In this document: positions 12,807-26,699 of the stretch, piece after piece
How the letters are laid out: each line of letters begins with the position of its first letter
Position numbering within the stretch: position 1 is the stretch's first letter
DNA from: Eutreptiella sp. 'Long Island Sound 2002'
Taxonomy: Eukaryota > Protista > Euglenida
Assembly (NCBI GenBank): GCA_964036045.1
Contig: OZ038378.1
Span: forward strand, 167,462,001-167,526,000
Direction: 5' to 3'
DNA: 64,000 nucleotides
Notes under the pieces: generated by a model
Told to the model about the DNA's origin: nothing
Database searches by the model: none
Seen by the model: only the letters and a program-made list of their open reading frames with translations
Made by a program: the position numbers and the translations under genes

Positions 12807-13174
12807 GAGCTCTTTGAGATGGGCAGGTTCGTCCGCTCGCGCTACATCCACGACTTAGAGCTGCTCCCCGACACCTACGACCAGTCCGCCCTGATCACGC
12901 AGGCCGTGGCCAGCGAGCGCACGCTGCAGAGTGCCGTGGCGTGGGGGCAGGCGCTGTACCCCCCCGGTTTTGGGACGCGTGGCTATTACGCGAAGCTGCC
13001 GGTGCCGCTGCCGGTTTTCTCCGCCCAGAAGGACAGCGACGACCTTATGGAGACACGGAAGGGCCTGTGCCGCACGCGCCTGGTGCTGGAGATTGAGCAT
13101 TGGGACCGGCATGAAGGCAAGGCTTTGTTGGAACGGCACGGGCATCTGATTGATCGCCTGTCGGAGCAGTGCGG
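12807..13174 (+). CDS. Histidine acid phosphatase, exon 2
   Basis: CGCAG acceptor at 12806; ELFEMGRFVRSRY and ERTLQSA family motifs; GT donor at 13175 (phase 2). Confidence 0.9.
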
Positions 13175-13504
13175 GTTGCCTCTCTGCCCCACTGGGCCCT
13201 GGCATGCCTGGTCCAAGCATTCACCCCCCGGGCCCTCCTTCATCACCCTGTGGTGGCTCCTTCTTCTTTTTTGGGGGGCTAAGGAGGGCCCCCAGGGGGC
13301 ACCAAGGTGCTCGCTGATGGAGAGAGATAACTTGATAAACCCAAGTTGTAGCTGGCCCTGAGCCCCAGTCATCTGCTGTTTGTTGCTTACCGCTTGCTGC
13401 TTCCCGCAGGTTAGACCTGCAGAGGGAAGGAATAACCCTTCCGGACATGGTTTACACATGTTTCTTAACCACTTTTCTTGCTCCCGCTCTTGTTTCGTGG
13501 TTCC

Positions 13505-13507
<3 letters not shown>

Positions 13508-13548
<41 letters not shown>

Positions 13549-13603
13549 GCACTTGTGTTTTGGTCGAGCGGAGTGTGTGTGTGTGTGTGTGTTTGTGTGT
13601 GTG
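13508..13603. repeat. Two (GT)n microsatellite tracts in phosphatase intron 2
   Basis: Read directly. Confidence 0.95.
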
Positions 13604-15817
13604 AGGCCCCATGAGTGGCCGTGAGAATTTGGTTCCCCTCCTCTTCGCACGTGTGACGCAAAGCCCCAATGGGTGGCAATCACACCCGCTTTTGTCCTTT
13701 TCTCCATGTCGTTCTTTTGCTGGCTTAGCAGGGTACATTGCTATGTAGCGTTCTGCTGCTGTGTGGTCCGAGGCCACCACTATCCAATGCAAAAGCATTC
13801 ACTCCCCTCCCAACTATGGAAGGGCCAACTCACCAAACCTGTGCATGGTTTCTTCTCAGTGCACATGTTTAACCCAATTTGTCATGGGTAATAATACCAC
13901 CCCTTGTCTTTTCCACAATCAAGTGGAATCTCTACCCCCATTGTGTACCTCTCATCCTATCATGTGCCTCCAACCCCATGATTACCTCAGGATACCCACC
14001 GTTGGAGGTTTTTGGAATCTATTGCTGGGAATATTCAAGTTGATGCAACCATGCGCTATCTTGGGGTGACTTGTAAGTTGTGTTTTCAATAATAGGATTA
14101 CCTTCAAACTTGGAACATTGGGAACAAGTATAAGTCCAGGCCTCTGTGCGTAAGAAATGACAGGCACCCTAAAGGCACCCTAAAGTAAGGATTAGGGATT
14201 CATCTTTGTGAAATGCAAAAGTTATAGTGCCAAATGGTACCATGGTTGTGGTGGGAGCTGGGCGGCAGTGCAATTCATTAGATCACAGCTGGGTCGTGCA
14301 CCCGTTCCGGAGAGGCCTGACTTTTTTTGTTTGCACACACGTCTGAGCGCCGACATGCTCCTTAGGGGGTGGGGAAGGTTACACTTCCTTGCCCTCACGT
14401 TGGCACGCCCCACAAGTCAGTTTTGGCCAACCCTTGAGATGATATCCCTGTAGAGCATAACCCCCCTCAAGCGAGAAAGGGTTTTTATACGGCTTAGGTA
14501 GCCACTGTGCGTCAGCCTTCTTCGACCTGGGGGTCCAAAAACGGAATGTGGGCACTTGTAGGCGTTTGAAGGGGGAAATACGGACTTTGTTGAAAATTAT
14601 CCATCCCCCTGCACCCGCTTGGAGATGTTGATTGATCATTTCGTTTTCATGTTCTTATCAATTCCTTGGTTCTCACTTTGTTGTTTGCGTCAACAAGGAA
14701 CACCCATAAAATTAATTTTGATGTTTCTCCTGCATATCGTGCTTGTTGGATTTCTCTTTCCACTTGCCCTAGGGCTTTTTCGTACACGCATCCCCCCCCC
14801 CCTCTTTTGAGGCCCAAATTGCAGAAAACTGGTCTCTGCACCAGATGAATCACGTGGTTTGGTGTGCTTGCGCCTGAGTTGCAAGGACCATGTCAGTGAT
14901 AAGGACAACCTGTAAAGATAGCCCCCGGCGTCGGTTGGACAACCTCGGATGAAGGGTAACCTGCGACGGGTGGCGGTCATTTTGGGGCCCATCAGTGGGA
15001 GTTCGTGCTGACTGACAGCCGTTTCGTCAGCAGTGGCAAAATGGAGGTTTTGTCTACACTGCTCCGCACAGTTGGTGGTAAGTGCAAAGCGCCAGAGGCA
15101 CAGGGGCTGGTTATCCCCCCCCCCCCCCGACCCCAAACCTATGCCAATGGGGAACACCACATACTGTGCCACACCACGTTGACAGGCTGCGGGAACATTC
15201 ATAGTACTTGCCCTGTAGCCTACCCAAAGCTGCATGTTGGCAAGCCAAGGAAGGGGACTTTACCCCCGACTGGTGTGCGCTCAGAAAAATACCCCCCCCC
15301 CAAAATTTAGTACCCCCCCAAATTTAGTAACCCCCCTAAGCAATCTGCCAAAATTAGTAAATTAGTACCCCCTTGAGCCTCCCACGAAAACGGAACCTGG
15401 GCCACAGCTGGAGAAGAGTCTGCATTAGCTCTGTCAGCCCCTGTTACACACACATCCTCAAAATGTTCATCTGCATGAAACTGATAGTCAAAATCTGAAT
15501 GTTCCATGCAGCGAATAGAAAAGAAAGCTGCATAAAACGTGAAACTCACACGTGGCACGCACCCGCCCAAAATTGGTACCCCCCCTGGCCTTATTGAGCG
15601 TGCAGCCGAGTTTCGTACCCTAGGGTATTAAATTAATAATAAATAATAATAATAAATTAATAAATGGGGGGGGGGTTTAGCCCAACAGCCAAAAAAGAAA
15701 AAACAGTTTTGAACAGCCCCCCCCCCCCCCCCCGCATCCTTGCTCACGCTGTGGGGGTTGTCTGGAACTAAGTTTGGTCTGGACCTGAACCGAGCTTCCC
15801 CCCACGACCGGCGACAG

Positions 15818-16213
15818 GCGCAACCTCCGGGACCATCCCAACCTGGGCGACATCCTCAAGGAGGTCTCGGACGCCTTCACGATGGACTACTTCATGGGCC
15901 TGCCCCGCTTGGCCAACCTCACCCTCGTTGAGCGCGAAAGCCTCCGCCGCTTGGCCGTGCACAACATGTTCGGGCGGCTGTTCTACACCGACGCGCAGAA
16001 GACGTACATGGCCGGGTCGCTGCCGGCGGAGATCACGACGCACTTCGAGGCGCTTCTGTCGGGCCAGGGCGTCGCGCGCCTGCGGTCGTTCCACGGGCAC
16101 CGCGAGATGCTGCACGCCTTCGCCTTCTTCTTCAACGTGTCCCTCGACCTGCCCGGGCCACGCCTCATGCCGTACATCCCGGAGTTCGACGCCAGCGCCC
16201 TCCCGCCCTCCAG
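15818..16213 (+). CDS. Histidine acid phosphatase, exon 3 (carries the HD-equivalent motif as GHRE)
   Basis: GACAG acceptor at 15817 restores frame (GG+G = Gly); strongly GC3-biased codons; RLRSFHGHREML; GT donor at 16214 (phase 2). Confidence 0.9.
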
Positions 16214-18051
16214 GTGCCTCCTCCGGACGGCGGGGGAATGATGGGGAAGACCCTTGTGTAGGATGTGCCTAGGCCTTGCATACCCCTCCGGACCCCCCAC
16301 GATATACCCAAATGGTGCCAAAATGGCACATGGCTGCCCAAATGGGCAGAACTGATTTTCTCAACACGCACGCGCGGCACGACGCGCAAAACAGTTTTTG
16401 TTTTTGCCGGGAGCGAGTTTGGGTGGATTCGGCTTGCTCCAGCAGGGCTGTGGTAACGCTGGCAGCAGCCCGAGAGGAAGGGGCAGGGGCTGCAGCAAGA
16501 AGTGTAGCAGGGTCTGTGGCAGGGTCAGAGAAACACCCAGCGGCTGTAGCCGGGGACGTGCTCGAAGCCGTACCACGATCTGTAGCAGGAGCCAGTAGAA
16601 GGGACAGTAGCAGCAGCAGAGTCTATAGCAGGGAGGGGGGGGGGGGGGGGCAGGCAACAAGGTCTGATGCAGGGGCAGGGTGCACTCCTTACCCTGCACT
16701 TATCCTCCGCTTCTGCCACCCCTCCTGCTACAGTCCCTGATAGTCCTGAGGCAGCCGCGATCTCTTGCACAGTGCTGCACCGCCTGTGCCAGCGACAGGG
16801 CGGTCACGGAGTCCTGGTCCGGCCTCCCCCAGTGGGAACGCGTCCCGCGCGCCGCAGGGTACGGTCGATTGGCTGTCGGGTCATCAGCACCGCATGAATT
16901 TCCCTCGATTTTGGGTGAAGGAAGTATGTCAGACGGGCACAATCCTTAAAACGCACAAAAAAAATGCGGCGATACTCGACCCCCGTTCAAAAGTACGGTT
17001 CACCAAAAGGAACCATCTCCCATTTTCCGCTCCAATTGCCCATATCGCGCACCCCAGGGTGCGCCGCAGGTGCCGCAGGATTTGCGTTCCCAGTGGCTTC
17101 TCTGTGCCCCTTGCCCCCCCCCCCCCCCCGCAGGCCAGCAGAAGCAAGTGGCCAAAACCACCCACTCCAGGCACACCGACACCAACAAGGAGCCGCCTTG
17201 AGCCAGGATCTTCCTCCTCAAGGGGAAGTAGGAGGCAGGGCGCGACGAGCCCACTCCCACTCCCCCTCCCCCGCCCCCTCCTCTACCCCCTCCCTGCAGC
17301 AACACGCTCCCCCGCCACCCAATGCCCCCCAGGGCAGAAAGAATAGGGAGGGTGGAGAAGAAAATGGGCAGGGAAAGGAACGAACAAGGGGAGATGGCAG
17401 GACAGCGCAGACCGCGCTCACCGAAAACAGTGCAGAGCGCAGAAGGAGGAGAAGGAAAGGACAAAAGGGAAAGAATGATTGTGGTTGTTAGAAGCCCCTG
17501 TCAGGAAAATGATCCTGCAGATGCACACCCCAGCGCGCACAAGTCGGTGTGGGAGTCTGCAAACCCCGCATGGACTCGGAGTGTGCATCTGGATGCACCT
17601 GGTCAACGGCACGGGCAACAGCCCATCTTTGGGACGGCCGACCCTGGAGTAGTCAAACAGGACAAGTCATCCAGGAGCTCCGTTGACACAACCAAAACAT
17701 GTTCGGGCCCACAGAGGGTCAGAATGAGCAGTGGCGAGAGGCCAATAGGCGCCGCCAAAGGCGCAATGATACCGAGGCCTTGTGCCAACCCCCCCCCCCC
17801 CCCCAGTGTGCCAGGGCCAGAACAGCCGTGGGAGAGGCCCGTATCGATATTTGCCCAGGCTGCAGGCTGCCTGACCCCCTTGTCCCCTGGCCGCCCGACA
17901 GAGGCCCAACCCAAAAGCCCACGGCCGTGGAGCACCTGCTACACTTCTGCCTGACCCCCGTCCCTGCCACCCCCTGTGCCTCTGCCACTGCCAGCCCCGG
18001 CCCCGGCCACAGCCCCTGCCATCCACCCCCTCGCCGTTGTCTGTGCCTCAG

Positions 18052-18352
18052 CACCTTCATTTTGGAGCTGCACAAGGCCAAACACGACGTGTGGGTGGAC
18101 CTGCTGTTGTGGCGCCCCTGCCACGAGGACCTGGACCCCGCGCACTGGCCCGCCAACATGCCCCAGTGCCGGCCGGTCCCGCTGAAGATGGGCGACTGCC
18201 CGGAGCACTGCCCGTACGACCGCTGGAAGGCGCTCATCCACCGCCGCCTCGAGCGCACCGGCGACTTCGAGAAGCTCTGCACGCTGCCCGCGCAGCGCTT
18301 GGCCCAGGAATCGTCGGACGGCGAGCGTGCCAAGGCGTGCAAGACAGCGTAA
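18052..18352 (+). CDS. Histidine acid phosphatase, exon 4 (to stop)
   Basis: CTCAG acceptor at 18051 gives PPSSTFILELH; C-terminal CPEHCPY and C Cys pattern typical of the family; TAA at 18350-18352. Exon lengths sum to 1263 nt = 420 aa + stop. Confidence 0.9.
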
Positions 18353-21300
18353 GGCCGGCGCCCCGTGCGCGTTTGGATTGGCCGACGAGGGCATTCCACG
18401 CAGACAGTCCCGAGGGGTCTTTGCGGCCGCGGCGGTAGCGGGAAACGCTCTATTGTCCTGCGACGCGCACACATTCGCTGCCGAACACGGGACGTGCGTG
18501 CGTGTGGGGGGGGGGGGGGGGGGCGGGGCATCAAGTTCGCTTCCGGCCCGTTTTGCGCTGGCGGGAGAGTTGTTGGTGCCCACACCCCGCGCTCGGGGCC
18601 GCAATGCTCCTTTCTTGATTTGCTTCGTGACGTTTCGGGAGTCCAGACCCCCGGTTTAGCGGTTGGGGGTTCCTGCTGACGGTTGATGCCGCACCGCCGG
18701 TGTTTACGGGGGGGGCAACCGCCGGCATTGCGGACACAAATGCCACGAGACCGAACCATCTCTGTTGCCCTGCATAGCGCAGGCATTCACTCCGCTTCTC
18801 TGGGTCCGACTGGTGCGCCCCTGTTTTGCCGGCCGCACGGCGGTGGGCGGTGCCACCTCGTCCCCAGACGTCCCGTGTCGGTGTCCCTCAGGCCCTACAG
18901 CACGGAGTCACGCATGACGGCCTTTCCCAAGGCCGTCACGCGTGGCATCACGGATCATGACCAGAGGGTCTCGCCGGTCCGCCGGCAAATGCACGTGCGA
19001 CTTCACATGTCGTTTGTACATATCGGTGGGCCAGAGTGGGGCCTCTCTCTGGTCCGCATTGCGGGGGGGTCAATGATTTTCAATTGCGAGGCAAGCGGAT
19101 CGTTGTGTCATTGGCGTTGGGAAACGGGAGGAAAGCGCGAAGTGGTGACTCATTGGCACAGGGAAACGGGGAAAACCCGGGGAATTCCGCGGGGATCAGG
19201 TCTTGGGGACATGATCATCATCACTGGTCCTTTGCTTTCGCCGCTGTCCGCCGTGTGCAAGTCATGGCTGAATGGGGACAAGCGCAGTGGTCCCGCCCCC
19301 CCCCAAACCCCGGTTTTCCCTCATTTTCCCCATTTTGCCCCACCTCCCCCCAATCGTCCCCTCTAATCTCCCCCTCAGGTTCCCCCATGCCCCCCTGTTT
19401 CCCCCCTCACCCCCGGCCTCGGTTACATTTCTTTCGCACGGGACGCCTCGACCCCTGCCTTGACTTGACATCCGCTCCCTGCCGTCCCCCAGAATTACTT
19501 GAAGCACCCCACAGCCCCTCTTGAATGCCGATGACCGGGCCTTGCGCATGCGAACGTCACACGCCGCAGCAGACGTGCCCCCTCAACAAGTCACACGGTC
19601 ACGCGACCCGTGCGTTGCAATGTGCGGATCGAGCTCCATGGCAGTGGGCCAAGGCCATGTGTGCGCGTTGCTGTGACAACATCGGTCCCGGTCCCTCAGA
19701 GTGTGAACAGACCATGCGGCTCCGACCTCCAGACGTAGGCTTCCCCGGGGAGTTCCCTGTGCCGTGTTGTGGCGCATGGATCTCCCCTGGCCCTCGGACA
19801 CGCTTCCACGCATCGGACATGGGGCTACGGTTTGTGAGGCAGGAGGCTCTTGGTCGGCTGCACTGACTGAGTGTATGTCTGAATGTTGTGCTGCTTTCTT
19901 CGCTTCTTTTTCTTTGCTTTGTGCCGGGTCGTGTGTGCCACTCGGTTCCTTCTGCTTTGATGATTCACCCCGCAAACCCCCAGCCCCCCCCCAATCCCAT
20001 TTCCTGAGATTGTGTGCACCTCGAAACTTCACTCATGGGACAGGGGTTGTCTGAAGGGGAACGGGGCCATCACCTCTTCCACCAGAACCAGCCTCTACAC
20101 CCCGAAAAGGCACTTGCCTACGCGCCCAACCCATAGGCACTGATGGGCAACTCCTCCCTTGCAGGAGGCGGGGAGGGGGGGGGGGGGCTTGCCTTGTAGT
20201 CATTTGTGGTTTGGGATCTCTGAGGGCTGCCAACGCTCATCCCACATGCAATTGACTGAATCCCTGGCCTAAGCACTTCGATGTAACCCCAAGCCCCGCC
20301 CGAAGTGATTGGGATGTCCCATTGGATTGGCATGCAGGCTGATCGCTGCGTCTCAGCGATTATGAAGGATGCAGGCCCATTGAGCTGGCAGCCGGATGAC
20401 TGGGCAGATCAATGCGTCGCAGCGGAAGCACACTTCTCTTCGAATACGAGGCCTGCGGGTTTGTAGGTTTTCTTTTCGCTGGAATTACTGCGACTTTGCT
20501 CTGCCCGTGTTGTTCGGAATTTGGTGCCATGGCCTTACACGCGGTGTAGGGCCCAATGAATTCGGTACAGAGTGTCAAGGGACGCTTTTTGTACGATGGG
20601 TTCTGCGGGACCCGCTATAACACGCGAGTAGACGGGGACTGGACAGTGGTCCGGGCCTACATTGTATTGGCGCTTATGGGGCTGCCCGTGGCAGTCTCCA
20701 ACAGGAATGACCAATCACGAAGCCCAGCCCACGTGCTCCATTTCCATCCCCCCACCCCAGCGCACCTCCCCCGCCACCCCAGCACAGCTCACCACCCCAG
20801 CGCAGCCGAGGCGCAGCCTTCCTGGATGCGCTTTCGCCCCCTTTTATCCCGCGGAAAGGACCCGGTGATCTTTTTCGGGACATGCACGACCCCTTGTCTT
20901 GGTCAAACCTGCCATCCAGCCCCTTCCGATCTCTTGTCGCTGCTTTGTATTCATTGTTGACGGCCCGCATTTCTGTCCACTTCATTGTGCTGGGGAAGGC
21001 CGCACCATCCCCCCCCCTCCCCTCTCCCTCCCCTCCCTCCCTACCTGTCCCCTCCCCCCCGCTCTCTGACCTTTTGGATCCCACACATGCGGCTCACCGT
21101 GGTGGGCTGCGAACGAGCGGCGGCGGCGCATGCTGCTGCGCTCTAGCCACTGCATGCCATGTCCTTTGCAATGGCATCGGGTCACCAGCTTCTCATTCCT
21201 TACAATTCAAGGCAATTGACAAGAATTTCAGGGCTCCTGGCCTTCATAGGCGCCCTGGTCCCAACCATGGTTCTCAGTACAGGCGCCCCAATGACGGGCG

Positions 21301-23603
21301 CCGTGCACGCACTGCGCACAACGCTCCGTGGCACTTGATGCGGATACAAAGTGCATTTGCACTTTGGTCATGTGCTGGCGCGGTTCCCCTTGGGGGTGGA
21401 ATATGGGGTCAACACGTTCTCTACAAAATGGATGTGGTTTTGGCTTTGTCAATTTTGCCTCATGTCAGAACAACAAAGACGAGCTGCAAAGATCCACCAC
21501 AACAAAGCACCGCACATACAATCGTTACAGCGACTGTTGTGGCCAAAACTGTTGCTGGTTGGATTCGTGTGCATTGTTTTTGATCATGGAATGAAAGCAG
21601 ATCCAGGCGCACCTTTCAGCACCACACTCCCGTTTCGCAGGCATCCGGCCGTTGCCCGAACCGCAGGTACCAAGTGCTGCACTCTGAGTCCCACGCACGA
21701 GCCGGAACAGTTTCCTGAGTACCCCCCCCCCCGGGGGGGGGGGATGGGGGACTGTCACTTGGTCAACACAAAATCTTTTGTTACGGCTCACTGTGTTGTT
21801 GTGTGGGTGACTGTGTTGTGAGGCACTGCCAGTTGTATCCCTTGTACTCTTGGCAGGGCATGTTGCTCACTTTCACTTCGTCGCTTCTCACTGCCACGTG
21901 TCCGCTCTCCACACTGCCCTGCCCAATCGGAGGCTTTATCCTCGACCCGGGCAGAGCAACAGAGCTCAGTGCATTGGCAGCCCTTTGAACGCATCTTACC
22001 CGCCGGGGGGATGCTGTATTCTTTCGTTTTGCAGTGCAAACTTCTGTGCCTGAAAATGTGCGTGTACGGTGGTTGCACAGGGGGGGGATGGGGGACCATC
22101 ACTTGGCAACCATCCCCCAGGGGGTGGCGGGGGACCGTCTTCCCTGGGGTGGGGCAGGACAAGGGGGGGGGGGGGCGGGTAATTTCTATGACAGGATACG
22201 GAGTGTTTTTGTGATTGCTATGGCAGACCTGTTGTACATTGTACACTGTGCCGCGCAGATCCAGCATGAAAGCCATTGCAAACTTCCTGCCGGTTTCTGC
22301 AAACTCCGGGAACTTTGTTTCCAGTTGGCGGACTGCAAAATTCTTCCGCCCCCGTTGGGCCCTGGCTGGTACAAAAAAATTATTCTTGTGTGTAGAATGT
22401 TTCTTCATGCAGTTCTGCTGGTATCGTGGGGTGCTTCTTTCCGCTGGGGGCAGGGCTGTTGGAGTAGCGTGCAGTGTCCCAACGCAAAACCAATCTGTGC
22501 CCGATATTGTTGCATGTTGTTGCAGGGAATTTGTGCATAGCAGTGTCTAATTGAGGGGCATGCAGTCTATCTTTGCTGACTCTTGCTCCGCCCTCATCTC
22601 TTTTGTAGGCCTAGGGACCCCCAACAAACTGCACACCTTTCCGATGTTGTTGGCAACGCCGTCAGCATGGCATGGGCGTCTTTGTGCCCGCCACTGTCCT
22701 GGGAAAGGGGTGTTGTGGGCGGACCCTGGCATTTGGTACAACCGCTGTCAACACCAGTGAAGCCAAGTAGCCTTTCCTCATGGTCTCTGCCGGATTTTTT
22801 GGGCCTATGCTTTTCTTGTCCAAACACCACACACAAACCTGCGAGACAAGACACAGTGGTTTCCCTTCTTCTCTGGTTACGAGATGTGATCTGCCTTTGC
22901 AAAGTCGGACAGGCATCCATGGCCAGGCAGGGACAGGGCAGACGACGTCATTTGCAGTCACGAAGCCATACTGTGCCCCCCCTTCAACGGTCGCAGTTTG
23001 ATGGTTGCCCCCTTGTGTGATGAGACCCGCAGCCCGTCTGTACATATCAGGTGCTCATCCGGTTGCGTGTGATCTTGGACTCATGGGCTAAAAATGTCTG
23101 GAAGTGCCCAATGGAGGGGGTATCCAGCCTATCTTTACTCTTGCCCCCCGTTCCATCTCTTTTTGTGGGCCCAGATACCTCCAACGAACTATGATCTCTA
23201 GTCCACCTGACGGTCTGAGAGCTCACAGCCTCTGGTGGTTATGGGTTCCCCAGCCCCCGGTAGGGGGATGGAAGTTTTGTTTGCACCGAAAGATCTGGAC
23301 GTTGTTCATGCGTTGCATGAAATGAAAGGGGGCAAAATGCGAGATGTTACTCAAGCTGTTGGCTAGACATAAGCTGGCTTGGACAGTGACAAAGTCACAC
23401 GGGTGCATCAATCGGGAGGTATATGTTGCCAAGGACGTTGTGCACATATTTATGGCTGTGTCACTATCACTGTCACGACAACCACAGCCAACAGTAGGGC
23501 TGGTCACGAATCGACGGCTGGGCCGCATTTTGCCTTCAGTGGTGTGTATTTCAAGCTTCTTTGATTAAATGAGGCGGGACGGGACAGGAAACGGGATCGG
23601 TTC

Positions 23604-23673
23604 GCATTGCATCGTATCGCATGGCGTTGCATGGCATGGCGTGGCATGGCGTGGCATGGCGCGGCATGGCATG
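23604..23673. repeat. (GCRTG)n pentamer microsatellite
   Basis: GCATG/GCGTG tandem units, read directly. Confidence 0.85.
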
Positions 23674-24288
23674 GTACAAGATGGGGGAATGGGATGTTGG
23701 GGCGCTCTTCCATGCAGCCTGCTTGCTCTGTGCTCAAATGCAAACAGGTGGAGTGGGAAAGGTCAGGCATTGGAGCATCAGACACAACTAAGGGGGCGTA
23801 CTACGCGCTTTGCGCGTGACATGCGTGCGCTGTGCACAAAATTGGTACGTACCCAAGCTGCATAGTAGTGCCTAGTACCAATAACAATTAGCCTTGTTAT
23901 GCATCTATATGAGTTGCTTGCATGCTTTGCCCTCATTTCTAGTGTATTGGTGTGTGTTCTTTGCTTCCTTTCCCATAGGTTCGTGGTATCTATCAAATCA
24001 CCTCGAAGAGAGGTTGTTAGAACAAGCGCAAGCGCAGGCGTCGTATACCCCCCCTTTTGGGGGGTCATTTGCGTAGCATACCCCAAGGCATGATATTTGA
24101 TGTCGAAACCTCTTGTAAAATCATTATTTTGCCCAATAAGACAATCCCCCAATGGATTTTTTGATTCTGAGACGTCTATCCCCTGAAACTCTGGATATGA
24201 CTTTTTTAAGGGGGGGGGGTTGGGGGGGGGGTTCAAAAGTTTGTGCTCAGAAGGCTTCAAGCAGTGGGGAGAACCACAACTGTCAGAA

Positions 24289-24360
24289 TAAGCAGCGGTC
24301 CAATGGTAATGCAGCTGACCGCACACTTGGACGTCGGCGGTTTAATTCCCGGTGAGCCGA
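24289..24360 (+). other. tRNA-like Pol III internal promoter (possible SINE head or tRNA pseudogene)
   Basis: A-box-like CGGTCCAATGG (24296) and B-box-like GGTTTAATTCC (24339) at tRNA spacing, one mismatch each; cloverleaf does not close. Confidence 0.3.
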
Positions 24361-25937
24361 CCTTGTCAGCGCCGGCGTTGCTGTCGGCGGACTGGGGTTC
24401 AAACTGCCGACCCACATATCCGCGGTCGACTGCTTTACCACTCGACTGCTGTGCGTTCTGTTCTCCCAACCGCTTGAAGCCGAGTCTGCAACTGAAAAAA
24501 GAAACCCCAAACTGTGTGTTTCTGTCTGCTAGCGTGCTTGCCCGACTGATTGTGTGACTAACTGCTAGCCTGCCTAACTGACTGATTGGCTGACTGTCAG
24601 CCTCTCTTCGAGGTGCATTCCGAAGGCAATAGAATTTGGATTTGGATCGGCCCCTTTCTTGTTGCGGATATGGACTGGCACGTCAAGCGAGCATGTCTAT
24701 TGGCATCGCATGCTTGACATGATGACCCCAGCTCAAGTGCAACTCCCCAACAGTCCTATCTATGTGCCTAAGGATTCAGATGAGACTATGCAGGCCCCGG
24801 AGTGGGCTAGCTATTTGTCCATCGTTGATGAGGCTCTTAACCCTATACCTTTGTGTGAGCTAGATCAACCTATGCTCAAAGAGGTCATGGCGGAACATTG
24901 TGGCCTGGTCTCCTATATTCCTACCAGTACATTTTTCACCAAAAGAGTGCACATGAAATACCGGGGCTGTCCAACATTGTGGGGGTGTAGTATGGTCTGT
25001 ACAGGCAAGAATGTTGCCAATTGTAGCAAAAACCCCCAATTTCTCCCTGTCATGTGCGCACTGTGCACGCGCTGTGCCGATACCCCCCCTTAAGGCCGTC
25101 TATTGGGGATTGTAAATGGCTTGTGTCGCACTGCATACCCCGTTGTACATAGCCTGGTTGCGTCCTGACAACTGTGTGCTTGTGCACGTGTTGTGTGCAA
25201 ACGATGTTCCCCACAGGTTGTGAGAACGCACATGTTTTTCACTTTTGTAAGATTGACATTTTCTTGAATCAACGAGTAGTGTAATTCCCTGCTTATGAAT
25301 TTGATTGGGCGTGGCAGTACCTGCTGCGCTACCATTCGTCAGATCTAATCTGCACCCTGACACTCCTTCTCACTTCAGATTGCCTGAGGTGCCATGATAT
25401 CTCATGTGCTGAGAATTCAGGGGTCAGCTATCACGAAGAGCCTGGGACCTTTCCGAGAGTCTGATTCGTCAACGATACATACCGTCCTCTACTGCAGACC
25501 TGTCAACCCAAAAAACGTGAGAGCGCACAGTGGGCCTCAAACATATGCACGGGCTTTGCAGCTACACCACATGTCGCCATTGTTTCTCAAACTGTGTAAG
25601 TGTTGGGAGAGAGGCAGCCGGGGTACGGTGTGCATTTAGTCTTTGGTGCACCCAGACCTGACCGGTATAGTGGAGTATTGGCCATCCCCAAGCCTTTGTA
25701 TATTCTTTTGAGGACAAGCAGAAGTATTGGCTGCGGTTCATCAGAAAATTCTCTCTGAGGGAAAACTTGTACAGCACAAGCATCGGTAACGGCAGTGACT
25801 GTTTCGCTGCAGTGTTTGCAACATTTACGGGTGTTGAGTTACCAGTTCCTGAGTTCGCGACTTCAAAATCCTCTGCGAACCTGGACGTTACTCCGATTAT
25901 TGCACGCCCTGCTTGCCATGAGGTGTCAGATTGGTTT

Positions 25938-26640
25938 GTGCCGGCCGGAACGGGGCTTGTGCTGGCCGGAACGGGGCTTGTGCTGGCCAGAACGGGGCTT
26001 TTTTGGCCAGAATGGGGCTTGTTCCGTGTGGCACGAGATTCAATTTGTCCAGCACGGTGCTGGTTCCGGTAGTAACGGGGCTTGAGCCGGCTAGAACGGG
26101 GCTCACTCCGTCCAGAACAGGGCATATGACGGCCAGAACGGGGCTTATTTCATCCAAACAGGGTCGTCTAGCCGGAACGGGAATCTTCCCGTGCCCTTAT
26201 TCTGTTCCGAACGGGGCTTGTGCTGGCTGTAAGGGGGCTTGATGCGGCCAAAAAGGGGCTTGAGCTGGCGGAATGGGGCTTGATCCGGTCTGGACCGGGC
26301 TTGGTCCGGCCGGAATGGGGCTCTTGTCGGCCGAAACGGGCCTTGTTCCAGACAGAGTGGGGCTGGTTCCGGCCGGAATGGGGCTTGATCTGGCCGGAAC
26401 AAGGCTAGTTCCGGCCACAGCGGGGCTTGTGCCGACCGGAAGGGGGCTTGTTCTGGCCGGAAGGGGGCTTGTGTCGACCAGAACGGGGCTGGTTCCAGCT
26501 GCAACAGGGCTTCTTCTAGCTGGAACGGGGTTTGTTCTGACCGGAACGAACCCTGTTCCGGCCAGCACCATCCGCGGGCCGGCCGGAAGAATCCCCATTT
26601 CGGCCAGCACAAGCCCTGTTCAGCACAAGGGTTGTTCCGG
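25938..26640. repeat. Degenerate ~21-bp minisatellite (GTGCTGGCCGGAACGGGGCTT)n
   Basis: Two blocks of contiguous diverged units with no unique spacers; explains the repetitive ORFs in the track. Confidence 0.85.
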
Positions 26641-26699
26641 CCTGCACTGGAGGAAAAAGTATATTTGAAATGATGTGTCAAGCTGGTGTGTTCCAGGAC

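Noticed and set aside
13175-13361. C-terminal part of track ORF 12714..13361
   Set aside because: This is read-through into intron 2; family similarity continues only after splicing to 15818.
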